A stretch of DNA of 64,000 nucleotides from Thermodesulfovibrionales bacterium (GTDB lineage: Bacteria; Nitrospirota; Thermodesulfovibrionia; Thermodesulfovibrionales; SM23-35), in the NCBI GenBank assembly GCA_031082155.1, contig JAVHLL010000009.1, positions 2,052-66,051 of the forward strand, given 5' to 3'. Below are positions 49,150 to 59,524 of this stretch, piece by piece (within the stretch, counting starts at the first letter, position 1; every line of letters starts with the position of its first letter). The position numbers and the translations under genes were made by a program. The notes under the pieces are model-generated. The model did not search any database. It was not told the DNA's origin and worked only from the letters and a program-made list of their open reading frames with translations.

Positions 49150-50922
49150 TCAGGTGCTCGGTCGCACTGCCTTGAGATGAAGCTGGAGGTTTGTATTTCC
49201 TTCCCATACATTGACACACGGGGTAAAAACGATATCAACCGCGGGTGAGGTTCCAATCTTCTGATAAATCGGGGCCATATGAAACCCTATCGCGTCAAGA
49301 GAGCGGTTTTTCTGTCTGAGCTTCATCTTGAGATGCAGATCCTTCACAACCTTTGGATATAGAACTTCGAGTTTTTTTGAGCCCAGAAGAGGTTCGGGGT
49401 TCCCGCATCCAAAGGGTTCAATCATATCAAATTCTCTGGCGAGGTCGAACGTTATATCAGCAAGATCTACCGTGGCGTCTATCTCGAGTACAGGAACTAA
49501 ATCTTCAGGAGAGAGCCTTTCTTCTGCTATACTGTTCATACACTCCTCAAAAGAGTGAATGTCACTGACATTCACTTCCAGCCCCGCAGCCTGCCGATGA
49601 CCGCCAAAATCCCTTAAGTATTTCGTACATTGCGTGAGAGCCCGATAAATATTAAAAGGAGGAATGCTCCGCGCTGAACCCCGCGCAACAGTTCCCTCTC
49701 TCGAAAGAATAAACGTCGGACGATACAATGCTTCTGCAATCCTCGATGCGACTATGCCGATGACACCCTTATGCCATCCTTCAGAAGAAAGGACGATTAC
49801 AGAACGTACCCCTTTGTCTGCGAGCTGACGCATTGCTTCCTGGTAGACCACCTCCTCGATCTGCTGCCTCTCGGTATTGCATCTGTCCAGCCAGGAAGAG
49901 AGATCAACGGCTTCATCTTCTGAATCGGTGAGCAATAACCTGACGACATTCTCTGCGTTCGAAATCCTTCCGGCTGCGTTTATCCGCGGGATCAGAGTGA
50001 AAAGGAGATGACCTGTCTTCAATGTTTTCCCCTCAATCCCTGCAACTTGTTTCAATGCCCGTATCCCGGGACGGCAATTATTTTGCAGTAACTTTAGACC
50101 TTCTTTCACAAGAAGTCTGTTTTCACCCCATAGCGGTACAATGTCTCCCATTGTGCCGAGGGTCGCGAGATCCAGCAAGTCGTGAACCCGGTTCTTGTCT
50201 GCTGCTGATAGAGCCTGAGCAAGTTTAAACGCAATCCCGGCGCCTGACAGCGTAGAAAGTTCAGAGTTAGGGTCTGAGATTTTCGGATTGATTATAACGT
50301 CTGCATCAGGAAGCAGCAGAGAGCTTTGAGCAGAGAGAAAAGAGACAGAGTGCTGTTCTTTGATCTGTGATATTGGTTGCTCTATGCTCTTTGCTCCGGA
50401 CTTCCCTCTTTTCATGGGTTCATGGTGGTCAGTGATGATAAGGTCTATCCCTTTTTCTCTGCAAAGGGCCGCTGCATCGAACGAAGTGATGCCGCAATCA
50501 ACGGTCACGATAAGGGATGCACCGACTTTCCTTGCAAACTCAACCGCATGGGGTTTGAATCCATAGCCGTGTTCCATCCTGTCAGGTATGAAATAGCGGC
50601 AATCTACGCCGGACTGTTGAAGTACCTTGAGGGTTATTGCCGTTGCAGATATCCCGTCAACATCGTAATCACCATGAATAAGGACCCGTTCACCCCTGTG
50701 CGCAGCCGTCCGGATCCTCTCCACAGCACCTTCCATTCCTTTGATGAGAAAAGGGTCGGACAGGCACGAAACTTGGGGATTGAGGAACGAGTGTATCGCT
50801 TCAGGCGTCTTAATGCCACGGTTTACCAGTATCTGAGCAAGAACCGGAGATATGGAGGAGACGCTTGACAGGTAGGCTATGTATTCCTGGTTCGTTTTAT
50901 TTACAACCCAGCGACGGTGCAT
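49150..50922 (-). CDS. recJ: single-stranded-DNA exonuclease RecJ (with a ~35-aa insertion after DHH)
   Basis: GDYDVDG, TVDCGI, TDHH, PRINAAGR, GSARS, GGH..AAG, EPFGCGNP. Confidence 0.95.
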   Translation of the reverse strand: MHRRWVVNKTNQEYIAYLSSVSSISPVLAQILVNRGIKTPEAIHSFLNPQVSCLSDPFLIKGMEGAVERIRTAAHRGERVLIHGDYDVDGISATAITLKVLQQSGVDCRYFIPDRMEHGYGFKPHAVEFARKVGASLIVTVDCGITSFDAAALCREKGIDLIITDHHEPMKRGKSGAKSIEQPISQIKEQHSVSFLSAQSSLLLPDADVIINPKISDPNSELSTLSGAGIAFKLAQALSAADKNRVHDLLDLATLGTMGDIVPLWGENRLLVKEGLKLLQNNCRPGIRALKQVAGIEGKTLKTGHLLFTLIPRINAAGRISNAENVVRLLLTDSEDEAVDLSSWLDRCNTERQQIEEVVYQEAMRQLADKGVRSVIVLSSEGWHKGVIGIVASRIAEALYRPTFILSREGTVARGSARSIPPFNIYRALTQCTKYLRDFGGHRQAAGLEVNVSDIHSFEECMNSIAEERLSPEDLVPVLEIDATVDLADITFDLAREFDMIEPFGCGNPEPLLGSKKLEVLYPKVVKDLHLKMKLRQKNRSLDAIGFHMAPIYQKIGTSPAVDIVFTPCVNVWEGNTNLQLHLKAVRPST

Positions 50923-51044
50923 CTAAAGACCGTAAAGGGGAAAGCGTAAGTCATGGAAAAAGAATGGGTGACGGCGCATGGGCAGGAAGATGAATGTCTT
51001 TCCCGGGTACGTTATGCCGGACACGTTACGCCTTGCGCATTTTG

Positions 51045-51956
51045 TTATTTTTTCGCAAAAGGTCTTGCCCCTCCCCACAGGAGAACGACCGGGCTTGCAA
51101 CGAATATGGAAGAATATGTTCCGATAATAACCCCAATGATCATGGCAAGGGAAAAATCGTGGAGGACTTCTCCGCCGAAGAAGAAAAGCGCAAGTGAAGA
51201 AAGAAGGACCGTCAGCGAGGTAACGATCGTCCGGGACAGCACCTCGTTTATGCTGCTGTTCATGACTGTTTCGACACGGTCCTTTTGTCTCATTTTCAGA
51301 TTCTCCCGTATTCTGTCAAACACAACAACAGTGTCGGTCAGAGAATATCCGGCGATGGTGAGAAGGGCTGTGATGAGGATAAGATTGATTTCCTTCCCCA
51401 TAAGGAAAAACAGGCCGAGAACTGCAAGGACGTCATGAAATGTCGCAACAGTGGCCCCAACGCCGAATTTAAACTGAAATCTGAAGGCCACATAGATAAG
51501 AATCCCGATAACTGCCATTGCAACAGCCTGTGCTGCATCCATCCTTAATCTGCTGCCGACTTTCGGCCCGATAACCGTCGTTGAATCTACCACATAGCGG
51601 TTGTCCGGAAATTTCTGGCTGAGAATGGTAGTAATGGTGTCTGACACCTGGCCGAGTTCCTGTTCAGTCTGTTTCACCCGGATCAGGATTTTGTTGACAG
51701 TCGGAAGATCCTGGAGGTCAAAGTCCCTGAGGCCGCTACTTTCAAGTGCTCCCCTCACATCATGGAGCGCAACAGGTTTTTCAAATTTGAATTGGATCGC
51801 TGTCCCTCCGGCGAAATCTATCCCAAGATTTGCACGTCCGGCTGCTATCTGGACAATTGCAATAATACCAATAACCGAGAAAATGCCGGAAACGACAAAC
51901 GCTATATATTTCTTGCCCAGGAAATTTATATTCGGGTTTTTAATCAGCTCAATCAT
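51045..51956 (-). CDS. secF: protein translocase subunit SecF
   Basis: GIDFAGG, HDV, GYSLTDTVVVFDRIRE, GTYSS. Confidence 0.97.
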   Translation of the reverse strand: MIELIKNPNINFLGKKYIAFVVSGIFSVIGIIAIVQIAAGRANLGIDFAGGTAIQFKFEKPVALHDVRGALESSGLRDFDLQDLPTVNKILIRVKQTEQELGQVSDTITTILSQKFPDNRYVVDSTTVIGPKVGSRLRMDAAQAVAMAVIGILIYVAFRFQFKFGVGATVATFHDVLAVLGLFFLMGKEINLILITALLTIAGYSLTDTVVVFDRIRENLKMRQKDRVETVMNSSINEVLSRTIVTSLTVLLSSLALFFFGGEVLHDFSLAMIIGVIIGTYSSIFVASPVVLLWGGARPFAKK

Positions 51957-51978
51957 GCGTTCTCCTTACAGGTATTGA

Positions 51979-53601
51979 TCAAATACTCAGCTTTTTGATT
52001 TCACGCCTGCTGTTTATTATGTCAAAAATTGATTTTGTCCCCACAAGTGCGGTGAAAAGATTAATCGCAACGCCGAGACTGAGTGTTACGGCAAACCCTT
52101 TTATTGGACCCGTTCCGAACTGGAAGAGTACGGCAGCCGTTATCAGTGTGGTGACATGAGAGTCAAAGATGGTCCAGAAGGCCTTGTCATATCCGGAATC
52201 AATTGCTGCCCTGGGTGTTTTGCCAGCCCGTAACTCATCCCTCATCCTCTCGAACATCAGCACATTGGAATCAACCGCCATGCCGATTGCGAGAATGATG
52301 CCGGCAATACCGGGGAGGGTGAGGGTTGCATTTAAGGATGCCATGGCGCCGAGCAGGAGGACGATGTTCAGGAACAGGGCAAAATCGGCAATGACACCGG
52401 AAAGCCTGTAATAAAGGACCATAAAAATAACAACCGCGATGGTGCCTATAATGCCTGCCAGCTTGCCCGCCTCTATAGAGTCCCTTCCGAGAGAAGGGCC
52501 GACGGTAACATTCTGAAGCATCTTCATGGGTGCGGGCAGGGCGCCTGCCCTGAGCACGATGCTCAGGTCTTTTGCCTCATCCATTGTGAAATTCCCGGTT
52601 ATCTGTGCGTTCCCTCCGGCGATTTTTTCCTGGATAACAGGTGCAGAGTATACTGTGTTATCGAGAATGATCGCAAGCCTCTTTTTCACGTTTGCACCGG
52701 TGACTTCCTCAAAAAGTTTTGCCCCTGCGGTGTTAAATGCGATAGAGACATAGGGTTCGCTGAACTGTGTGTCGATATTCACCTTGGCATCGCTCAGAAG
52801 GTCGCCGGTAATGACTGCCTGTTTCTTGAGCAGGATCGGCAGCTTGTGCACCGCGCCAGTTTCCTTGTTGACCTTCTTCTCAAAGAGAATCTCGCCTCCT
52901 TCAGGGATCCTGTCGGCAACCTGTCTTATAAGCGCCTCTTCTTCTCCGGGTAATACTGAGGCAGGCAGTTCCGCAGCAATATTCGCCTCGTCATCCACGA
53001 GTTTAAACTCAAGCTGTGCAGTTCTCCCTATCAGGTCTATGGCGCGTTTAGGGTCCTTTACTCCGGGCAGCTGAACAACAATCTCATTTTCACCCTGTCT
53101 GTGAATGGTGGGTTCCGAGACCCCGAACTGGTCGATCCTGTTGCGGATCGTTTCCAGGGCCTGGTCAGCAGAACTGTCTTTAATGAGGGTTGCTTCTTTC
53201 TCAGAGATCCGGTATGCCAGTTTACTGCCGGTTTCGGCTATTACGAGGTTCGGATAATTGTCCTCCACCACCTTGCGAACCTCATTGGTTGCAGGGCTTA
53301 CCGTAATATCCAGACCGTTTACTGCAACTTGACCTGCCACTTTTTTCTTTTCGAGGAGTTCTCTCAGTCTCGATGCGTATCTCTCGGTGGTTATAGTGAC
53401 AGCTTTATCCCCTTCGACCTCAAAAACAAGATGGAGGCCTCCTTGGAGGTCAAGTCCCAATACGATGCCCTTGTTCGGCATGCTTTTCTGCCACCATTCT
53501 GGCATATACTCGAAAACAGGGGTATTGGGAAGAAAGAAGACGACTGCAAGAACTACGGTTATGCTGATGAGGATTAATTTCCAGAGAACCTTTTTCTTCA
53601 T
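51979..53601 (-). CDS. secD: protein translocase subunit SecD
   Basis: [34 protein letters not shown]. Confidence 0.97.
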   Translation of the reverse strand: MKKKVLWKLILISITVVLAVVFFLPNTPVFEYMPEWWQKSMPNKGIVLGLDLQGGLHLVFEVEGDKAVTITTERYASRLRELLEKKKVAGQVAVNGLDITVSPATNEVRKVVEDNYPNLVIAETGSKLAYRISEKEATLIKDSSADQALETIRNRIDQFGVSEPTIHRQGENEIVVQLPGVKDPKRAIDLIGRTAQLEFKLVDDEANIAAELPASVLPGEEEALIRQVADRIPEGGEILFEKKVNKETGAVHKLPILLKKQAVITGDLLSDAKVNIDTQFSEPYVSIAFNTAGAKLFEEVTGANVKKRLAIILDNTVYSAPVIQEKIAGGNAQITGNFTMDEAKDLSIVLRAGALPAPMKMLQNVTVGPSLGRDSIEAGKLAGIIGTIAVVIFMVLYYRLSGVIADFALFLNIVLLLGAMASLNATLTLPGIAGIILAIGMAVDSNVLMFERMRDELRAGKTPRAAIDSGYDKAFWTIFDSHVTTLITAAVLFQFGTGPIKGFAVTLSLGVAINLFTALVGTKSIFDIINSRREIKKLSI

Positions 53602-53613
53602 TCGTCCCCCGTC

Positions 53614-53967
53614 TTATTCCTCGTCAGAGGTGGCTCTCAATGCTGCAATGTATGCTTTGCCAAATTTCACCTTTACGTTTTCGGCAATCTTCACGGTGAT
53701 GGTATTGGTACCGACCGCCTCGATCATTCCGTACACGCCGCCTGAGGTGATAATCTTGTCGCCTTTTTTGAGGTTGTCTATCATCAGTTTGTGTTCTTTT
53801 GCTTTCTTCTGCTGGGGCCTTATAAGAAGGAAATAGAAGACTACGAAAATGAGGATAAGAGGGAGAAGGCTCGTTAACAGTCCTGCAGGACCTCCCTGCT
53901 GCGTGCCTCCGCCTTGCGGGGGGGCCATGGCATATGCTACATCTATAATATTCAAGAGAAACATCAT
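53614..53967 (-). CDS. yajC: preprotein translocase subunit YajC
   Basis: FYFLLIRPQQKK, LKKGDKIITSGG. Confidence 0.96.
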   Translation of the reverse strand: MMFLLNIIDVAYAMAPPQGGGTQQGGPAGLLTSLLPLILIFVVFYFLLIRPQQKKAKEHKLMIDNLKKGDKIITSGGVYGMIEAVGTNTITVKIAENVKVKFGKAYIAALRATSDEE

Positions 53968-54050
53968 ACACCTCCCGGAAAAGTTTTAAATGATACTATA
54001 CCTTCTTGAACGGTTTTTTATCAAGCCAAATAGATTCCAGACCGGGCGCG

Positions 54051-54138
54051 CCCTCCTTATCAAGGAAAGGTGTGGGGAGGTTCTGGCAAAGAATTTCCCC
54101 AACACCCTCTCTCGCTTCCCCTTGTAAGGGAGGGGAAT
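54051..54138. repeat. REP-like palindromic intergenic element
   Basis: CCCTCCTT..AAGG, central hairpin GGTGTGGGGAGGTTCT-GGCAA-AGAATTTCCCCAACACC, then CCCCTT-GT-AAGGG. Confidence 0.5.
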
Positions 54139-54194
54139 TCTTTCATCAATGACCGCAAATCATCCTACTGTTTGAGTTAGAATAAAGATTACGT

Positions 54195-55538
54195 ATGGCA
54201 AAGATATTCTTTTCGGGCATCGGCGGGAGCGGCATGTCGGCCATAGCATGTTTTATGGCAGACAAGGGGAATGTTATTGTGGGCTCTGACCGCTCCTTTG
54301 ACCGTGACCCTGACAATTATCTCTGCAAGGTTTTAAAAGAAAAAGGCGTAACGATTGTCCCCCAGGACGGCTCTGGTATCGACACGTCTTTTGATTTTGC
54401 CGTATTCAGCACCGCGGTCGAGGACGATCAGCCTGAGGCGAGGAAAGCCGGAAAGGCGGGCATTCCGGTGAAGACGCGTCCTGAATATCTCCGGGAGATC
54501 ATCGGAACCTATGAGACCATCGCAGTGGGGGGCACCAGCGGAAAATCCACTACCGCAGGGATGCTGGCTTTTCTTATGAAACAACTGAATATGGAGCCGA
54601 ATTTCATCGGGGGTGGAAGGGTGAAGCAATTCAGGGAAGCAGGTGCCCCTGGAAACTCTCTGGTCGGGAAGTCAGACCTTCTCATTGTAGAAGCCTGTGA
54701 ATCGGACGGTTCGCTCATTCATTATCAGCCTTCTTTTTCCCTTATCGGCAATCTCAGCCTTGATCATAATCCGGTTGACGAGACTGCAGCAATGTTCGAG
54801 GCCCTTGGCAGGAATACGAATAAACAGGTCATCATAAATGCAGATGACCGGCACTTAAGCCGGTGTAATTTTGCCAAACCGGTCCGGTTCTCGGTCGATT
54901 CCGAATCGGAATACCGTGCGACAGGCATAGACTATAAGTCATTCGACACGACCTTTACCCTGCGGGGTGCAGAGTTTCAACTCTCCCTTCCCGGTAAATA
55001 CAATCTCTATAATGCCGTTGCATGTATTGCCCTGCTCTCTGAACAGGGAGTTGATCTGAAAAGGATTGCGGACATCATTCCTGATTTTTCGGGAATCGAA
55101 CGGCGATTCGATGTTCACCTGAACGATGGCACGCATCTTGTCATTGATGATTATGCCCATAATCCGCACAAAATAGAATCGTTGATGGGTTGTACCGGGA
55201 GAATCCGCACTAAGATCTGTTATATCTTCCAGCCCCATGGCTATGGGCCGACTCGGCTCATGAAAGCAGGATATGTTGAAACATTCATACGAAATCTCCG
55301 CGAAGGAGACCATCTCTTTCTCCTGCCGATTTTTTATGCCGGCGGCACATCGGTAAAAGACATTGCAAGTGAAGATCTGGTGCAAGAGATACGCTCAGCA
55401 GGGAAATCTGCCGAGGTTCTCCCTGAACGTTCCGCGCTGTTTTCTCGTCTCGGAGAGTGGAATACCTGCATCGTTTTTGGTGCCCGTGATGAATCTCTTT
55501 CGGATTTTGCACGGGAGATTGCCGGAAGACTCATATGA
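54195..55538 (+). CDS. Mur ligase family protein (MurC/Mpl-like), outside the dcw cluster
   Basis: GIGGSGMS, GTSGKSTT, EACESDGS, DDYAHNP, FQPHG. Confidence 0.85.
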   Translation: MAKIFFSGIGGSGMSAIACFMADKGNVIVGSDRSFDRDPDNYLCKVLKEKGVTIVPQDGSGIDTSFDFAVFSTAVEDDQPEARKAGKAGIPVKTRPEYLREIIGTYETIAVGGTSGKSTTAGMLAFLMKQLNMEPNFIGGGRVKQFREAGAPGNSLVGKSDLLIVEACESDGSLIHYQPSFSLIGNLSLDHNPVDETAAMFEALGRNTNKQVIINADDRHLSRCNFAKPVRFSVDSESEYRATGIDYKSFDTTFTLRGAEFQLSLPGKYNLYNAVACIALLSEQGVDLKRIADIIPDFSGIERRFDVHLNDGTHLVIDDYAHNPHKIESLMGCTGRIRTKICYIFQPHGYGPTRLMKAGYVETFIRNLREGDHLFLLPIFYAGGTSVKDIASEDLVQEIRSAGKSAEVLPERSALFSRLGEWNTCIVFGARDESLSDFAREIAGRLI

Positions 55539-57514
55539 AAAAATATCGTCTCCATCGGGAGTCCGCGGATCTCAGGATAGACTACAAACAGGAACTGAAT
55601 CCTGAACAGTATGCGGTTGTGTTCCATCAGAACGGCCCGGTTCTTGTTCTCGCAGGCGCCGGGACAGGAAAAACACGTACAGTCACCTACCGGGTTGCCC
55701 GGCTTATAGAGACGGACGTCAGACCGGAGAGCATCCTCCTTTTAACATTCACAAACAAGGCCGCGAAGGAAATGATGCGGCGAGCGGAGTTTCTGATCGG
55801 CAGGAATATTCAGGGTCTCCGGGGAGGCACATTTCATCATGTCGGGAATATGATTCTGCGGCGCCATTGTCTCCTTCTCGGGTATAAAGAGGGTTTTTCC
55901 ATCCTGGACAGGGAAGACGCAAAGGAACTTTTTGATATCTGTGCTCCGGAACGAAAGCAGAAAGAGACCATTATCCCAAAAGGCTCTGTGCTTTGTGAGA
56001 TGCATAGTCTCATGGTAAATTCTGAACGCAGTATCGAAGAGATCGTACACCAGCGCTTTCCGCATTTCACCGATGTGACGGACGAGCTTCAGCGGATTAT
56101 GGCGCTTTATGAAAGCAAGAAAATTGCGCTTAACCTTATGGATTTCGATGACCTGCTCAGCAACTGGAAAAAATTACTCATCGAACACGAGAAGATACGG
56201 GAGCTTTATGCTTCGAAGTTCCTCCATATTCTTGTCGATGAATATCAGGACACCAACAGGCTTCAGGCTGACATCGTCGATCTGCTCGCATCCCGAAACA
56301 GGAACCTGATGGTAGTCGGGGACGACGCCCAGTCAATCTATTCTTTCAGAGGAGCTGATTTCGAGAATATCCTGAAATTCCCTGAACGATATCCGGATGC
56401 GACAACCTACACGCTCACCGTGAATTACCGGTCAACTCCTGAAATACTGACCCTTGCCAATAAAAGTATCATCAATAACATAAGACAGTTTCAGAAGGAA
56501 CTTCATTCAATAAAGAGTCCCGGGAGCATCCCGTATATCGTACCGCTCAGGGATGCCTTTCAGCAGGCTGATTTTGTGGCACAAAGGATCATTGAAATGA
56601 ATGCAGAGGGGCTGTCCCTGAGCGAGATCGCAGTCCTCTACCGCTCTCACTACCAGTCGATGGAACTGCAGATGGAACTCCAGCGGAGGGGAATTCCCTT
56701 TGAAGTACGGTCAGGTCTCAAATTTTTTGAACTCGCACATATTAAGGATATCCTCTCTTTTCTCCGGGTTCTTGTGAATGCCTATGACGAACTGAGCTGG
56801 AAACGTATTCTGAAATTAATCCCTGGTATCGGAAATATCACCGCGGCAAAACTCTGGGATATGATGAACCGTTCGGAGTTTCCTTTTGATACGGTTTTCG
56901 ATCTGGGCAAGTTTGTGCCCCGCAAAGCTCTGGATGCGTTTCATCTCTTTCTGCACCTCTTGAAAACCCTCAGGGAAGGAGAGTACGGGCATGCTATTTT
57001 ACCCCCTGCAACCGCCATTGAACATATTCTGAGAACCGGCTATGAAGATTATCTCTACCGCTATTATCCGAATGCGCAGGAGCGGATAGAAGATATCGAG
57101 CAGATGACACGCTTCGCCCTGCAATATACTTCTCTGGAACTCTTTGTCAGTGAATTAAGCCTCCAGAGCGTGTCCGGGGGGGAGGAAGACGAAGAGGAGG
57201 CGGAGGGGGAATGTGTTATACTCTCTACAGTACACCAGGCTAAAGGCCTTGAATGGAAGGCGGTTTTTGTGGTTGGTCTGATCGACGGAAGGTTCCCCTC
57301 GGCCAAGTCCCTGAGAACTGATGATGAAGAAGAGGAGAGAAGGCTTTTTTATGTTGCGGTTACAAGGGCGAAGGAAGAACTCTTTCTCTGTTATCCCCTT
57401 GCCTCGGAAGACTGGTACGGCCTTGGATTTCTGAGGCCGTCACGATTTATTAAAGAATTACCCGAGGATGTATATGAAGAGGTTGTTGTAGAGGACAGCA
57501 ATGAAATATATTGA
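55535..57514 (+). CDS. UvrD/PcrA-family ATP-dependent DNA helicase
   Basis: AGAGTGKT, VDEYQD, GDDAQSIY, NYRS, HQAKGLEW, EERRLFYVAVTRA. Confidence 0.95.
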   Translation: MKKYRLHRESADLRIDYKQELNPEQYAVVFHQNGPVLVLAGAGTGKTRTVTYRVARLIETDVRPESILLLTFTNKAAKEMMRRAEFLIGRNIQGLRGGTFHHVGNMILRRHCLLLGYKEGFSILDREDAKELFDICAPERKQKETIIPKGSVLCEMHSLMVNSERSIEEIVHQRFPHFTDVTDELQRIMALYESKKIALNLMDFDDLLSNWKKLLIEHEKIRELYASKFLHILVDEYQDTNRLQADIVDLLASRNRNLMVVGDDAQSIYSFRGADFENILKFPERYPDATTYTLTVNYRSTPEILTLANKSIINNIRQFQKELHSIKSPGSIPYIVPLRDAFQQADFVAQRIIEMNAEGLSLSEIAVLYRSHYQSMELQMELQRRGIPFEVRSGLKFFELAHIKDILSFLRVLVNAYDELSWKRILKLIPGIGNITAAKLWDMMNRSEFPFDTVFDLGKFVPRKALDAFHLFLHLLKTLREGEYGHAILPPATAIEHILRTGYEDYLYRYYPNAQERIEDIEQMTRFALQYTSLELFVSELSLQSVSGGEEDEEEAEGECVILSTVHQAKGLEWKAVFVVGLIDGRFPSAKSLRTDDEEEERRLFYVAVTRAKEELFLCYPLASEDWYGLGFLRPSRFIKELPEDVYEEVVVEDSNEIY

Positions 57515-58505
57515 AGCCATTAAGGATGGATTCAGTCTCATCAACAGGAACTGGCAGCTCGTTCTGATCCAGGTCGGCATGATATTCACGATTGTCCTTG
57601 CGTTTTTCATTATAGTCGGAATACCCCTTGCCATAGCATTCATAATGTTCGGCATAGATCTTACCACTATGACATCTGTCGAGAATATCCTTCAAATGTT
57701 CCGGGGTACCTCAGACCTCCTGTCCAGATACCTGGGACTTATTTTCATGGTCCTTGCAAGTTTTGTTGTGTATTTTCTTGCTGTTGCCATGCTCGAAATT
57801 TATGTTTTTGGCGGTTCTGTCGGCGTTATTGGGAGGTCAGTACTCGAGGAGAACCTGAAATTTTCCGTCCGTATTTTCATGGAGGAAGCGAAACGCCTTT
57901 TCCTTCGGCTCATCGGGTTCACCTCTGTCATGGGCATCATTTTTATCATCGCTTCCTTTTTTCTTGGCCTTCTGGTCGGCGGAATAGCAGCGATAATCTC
58001 TTTTGCGCAGAGCCAGGATTCAACCCTCGCGCTCTTCTTCGGCATTTTCTTTTCCCTCATCCTGATAATCCTTCTCTTCGCAATGATCCTCGGAATCCTT
58101 TCGATAACCCTTTATGGGATAGCAGCCTTATTCTTTCAAGGGACAGGTGTTTTTAAGTCTGTCAGGGGGGCAATAAAGTTCCTTAAAACATACCCGAACG
58201 GCTTCTGGCTTTACAGCGTGCTTTTTGTCGGCCATCTTCTCGCGAGTTTTCTCCTCAGTCTTCTTGTGTATCCCTTTACCTTCATCCCTCTGGTGGGACC
58301 GATTTTTTCTTTTCCGTATCAGCTTGTCTCCATAGGTTTCCAGACCTACCTTGGCCTTGTCATCATCGCCATAGTTCTGAGCTACTACTATAGGAAGGAA
58401 TTCCCAACCGAGCCTGCCGTAGGGATGAACGAAAAACCTGACCGGGAATTATCTTCTGAAAAGGGGAATGCAACGTCAGAAACTGAAGCACAGGAGAATG
58501 CATAG
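57501..58505 (+). CDS. hypothetical polytopic membrane protein
   Basis: About 6 hydrophobic helices; overlaps the helicase stop codon. Confidence 0.75.
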   Translation: MKYIEAIKDGFSLINRNWQLVLIQVGMIFTIVLAFFIIVGIPLAIAFIMFGIDLTTMTSVENILQMFRGTSDLLSRYLGLIFMVLASFVVYFLAVAMLEIYVFGGSVGVIGRSVLEENLKFSVRIFMEEAKRLFLRLIGFTSVMGIIFIIASFFLGLLVGGIAAIISFAQSQDSTLALFFGIFFSLILIILLFAMILGILSITLYGIAALFFQGTGVFKSVRGAIKFLKTYPNGFWLYSVLFVGHLLASFLLSLLVYPFTFIPLVGPIFSFPYQLVSIGFQTYLGLVIIAIVLSYYYRKEFPTEPAVGMNEKPDRELSSEKGNATSETEAQENA

Positions 58506-58562
58506 CGAACCCTTTTTCAGATATTTGAGGATTAACCTACATTATTCATAATCTGCTTATGC

Positions 58563-58666
58563 AATACGGCGGATACGGTATTTGAGCGGCTTTATCCCGA
58601 TTCTTATCGGGATACCTCGGAGGGCGATAGCACGAGAATGAGCGAAAATACTGTATCTGCCGTATT
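58563..58666. repeat. long inverted-repeat element between convergent genes
   Basis: 21-bp arms AATACGGCGGATACGGTATTT / AAATACTGTATCTGCCGTATT (2 G-U pairs); inner TATCCCGAT-TCTT-ATCGGGATA. Confidence 0.65.
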
Positions 58667-59460
58667 CATCCGATGGAAAGTTTTTGGAGCAGCTTCAATG
58701 CCTTCTCATGCAGTTTTTCGTTTCCGGAGACGAGGAGAGGCGTAGATTTTTTCAGGCCTAACCCGACCTGTTCAATTGAGTTCCCCTTCATATCGGTAAA
58801 TACCCCGCCCGCCTCCCTGACGAGGAGCCAGCCTGCACCGAAGTCTATAGTTCTCGATGAAGACGGATTTGCAAATATGCTGATTGCGCCAGACGCCAGA
58901 TAGGAAAGGTCAAGGGCGGTAGAGCCCAGGCAACGCGTTTTTCTCGCCTCTGTAAGAAGGGGCAGGATACAGGCGATATCTTTTCCTGGTGATTGCGCTT
59001 CATAGGCGACCAGATACAGTATGTCTTCTCTTTGTCCTTTTACCGCCGTATTATTGAAAAAAGCCCCTTTCCCTTTCTCTGACCAGAATTCATCGCCATT
59101 AATCAGGTTCAGCACGTATGCGGATTCGATGTCTCCAACCGTATCTCCATCGGCAACTGCTATCGATGTGCAATAGAAAGGAATCCCGGAGACCGCGTTC
59201 CTGCTGCCGTCCACTGGATCTATGATAACGTGTCTCCCGCCTCCCCGCAACATATTGATCCCGGATTCCTCAGCAATAAGAGTCAACGAATCGCCTGATT
59301 TTTCGAGTCCGGAGATGATAATATCCTCAGCGCGCTTATCAATATCGTATGTCTTGTCGCCTGAGGCGCCGGTCCCCAGTGCTGTTTTCAGCACCTTGCT
59401 TCCTCTGGGGAGTTCCGCCAGGAGTCTCTTGCCGATTTCTCTGAGTATCTTGATATTCAT
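58666..59460 (-). CDS. inositol monophosphatase / FBPase family protein
   Basis: DKRAE, AEE, IIDPVDGSRN, GSTALD, D.GAG..LVREAGG. Confidence 0.88.
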   Translation of the reverse strand: MNIKILREIGKRLLAELPRGSKVLKTALGTGASGDKTYDIDKRAEDIIISGLEKSGDSLTLIAEESGINMLRGGGRHVIIDPVDGSRNAVSGIPFYCTSIAVADGDTVGDIESAYVLNLINGDEFWSEKGKGAFFNNTAVKGQREDILYLVAYEAQSPGKDIACILPLLTEARKTRCLGSTALDLSYLASGAISIFANPSSSRTIDFGAGWLLVREAGGVFTDMKGNSIEQVGLGLKKSTPLLVSGNEKLHEKALKLLQKLSIG

Positions 59461-59524
59461 ATGGCATTATTGAGGAATTCAGGACTGCCTTTATATCTGT
59501 TCATGGTTCCTCCCTTCCTGCTCT

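Noticed and set aside
51670-51685. parS-like sequence TGTTTCACCCGGATCA
   Set aside because: Several mismatches to TGTTTCACGTGAAACA and not palindromic; no convincing parS seen by eye
53624-53971. 115-aa alternative-frame ORF over yajC
   Set aside because: Same-strand frame shadow of a well-supported gene
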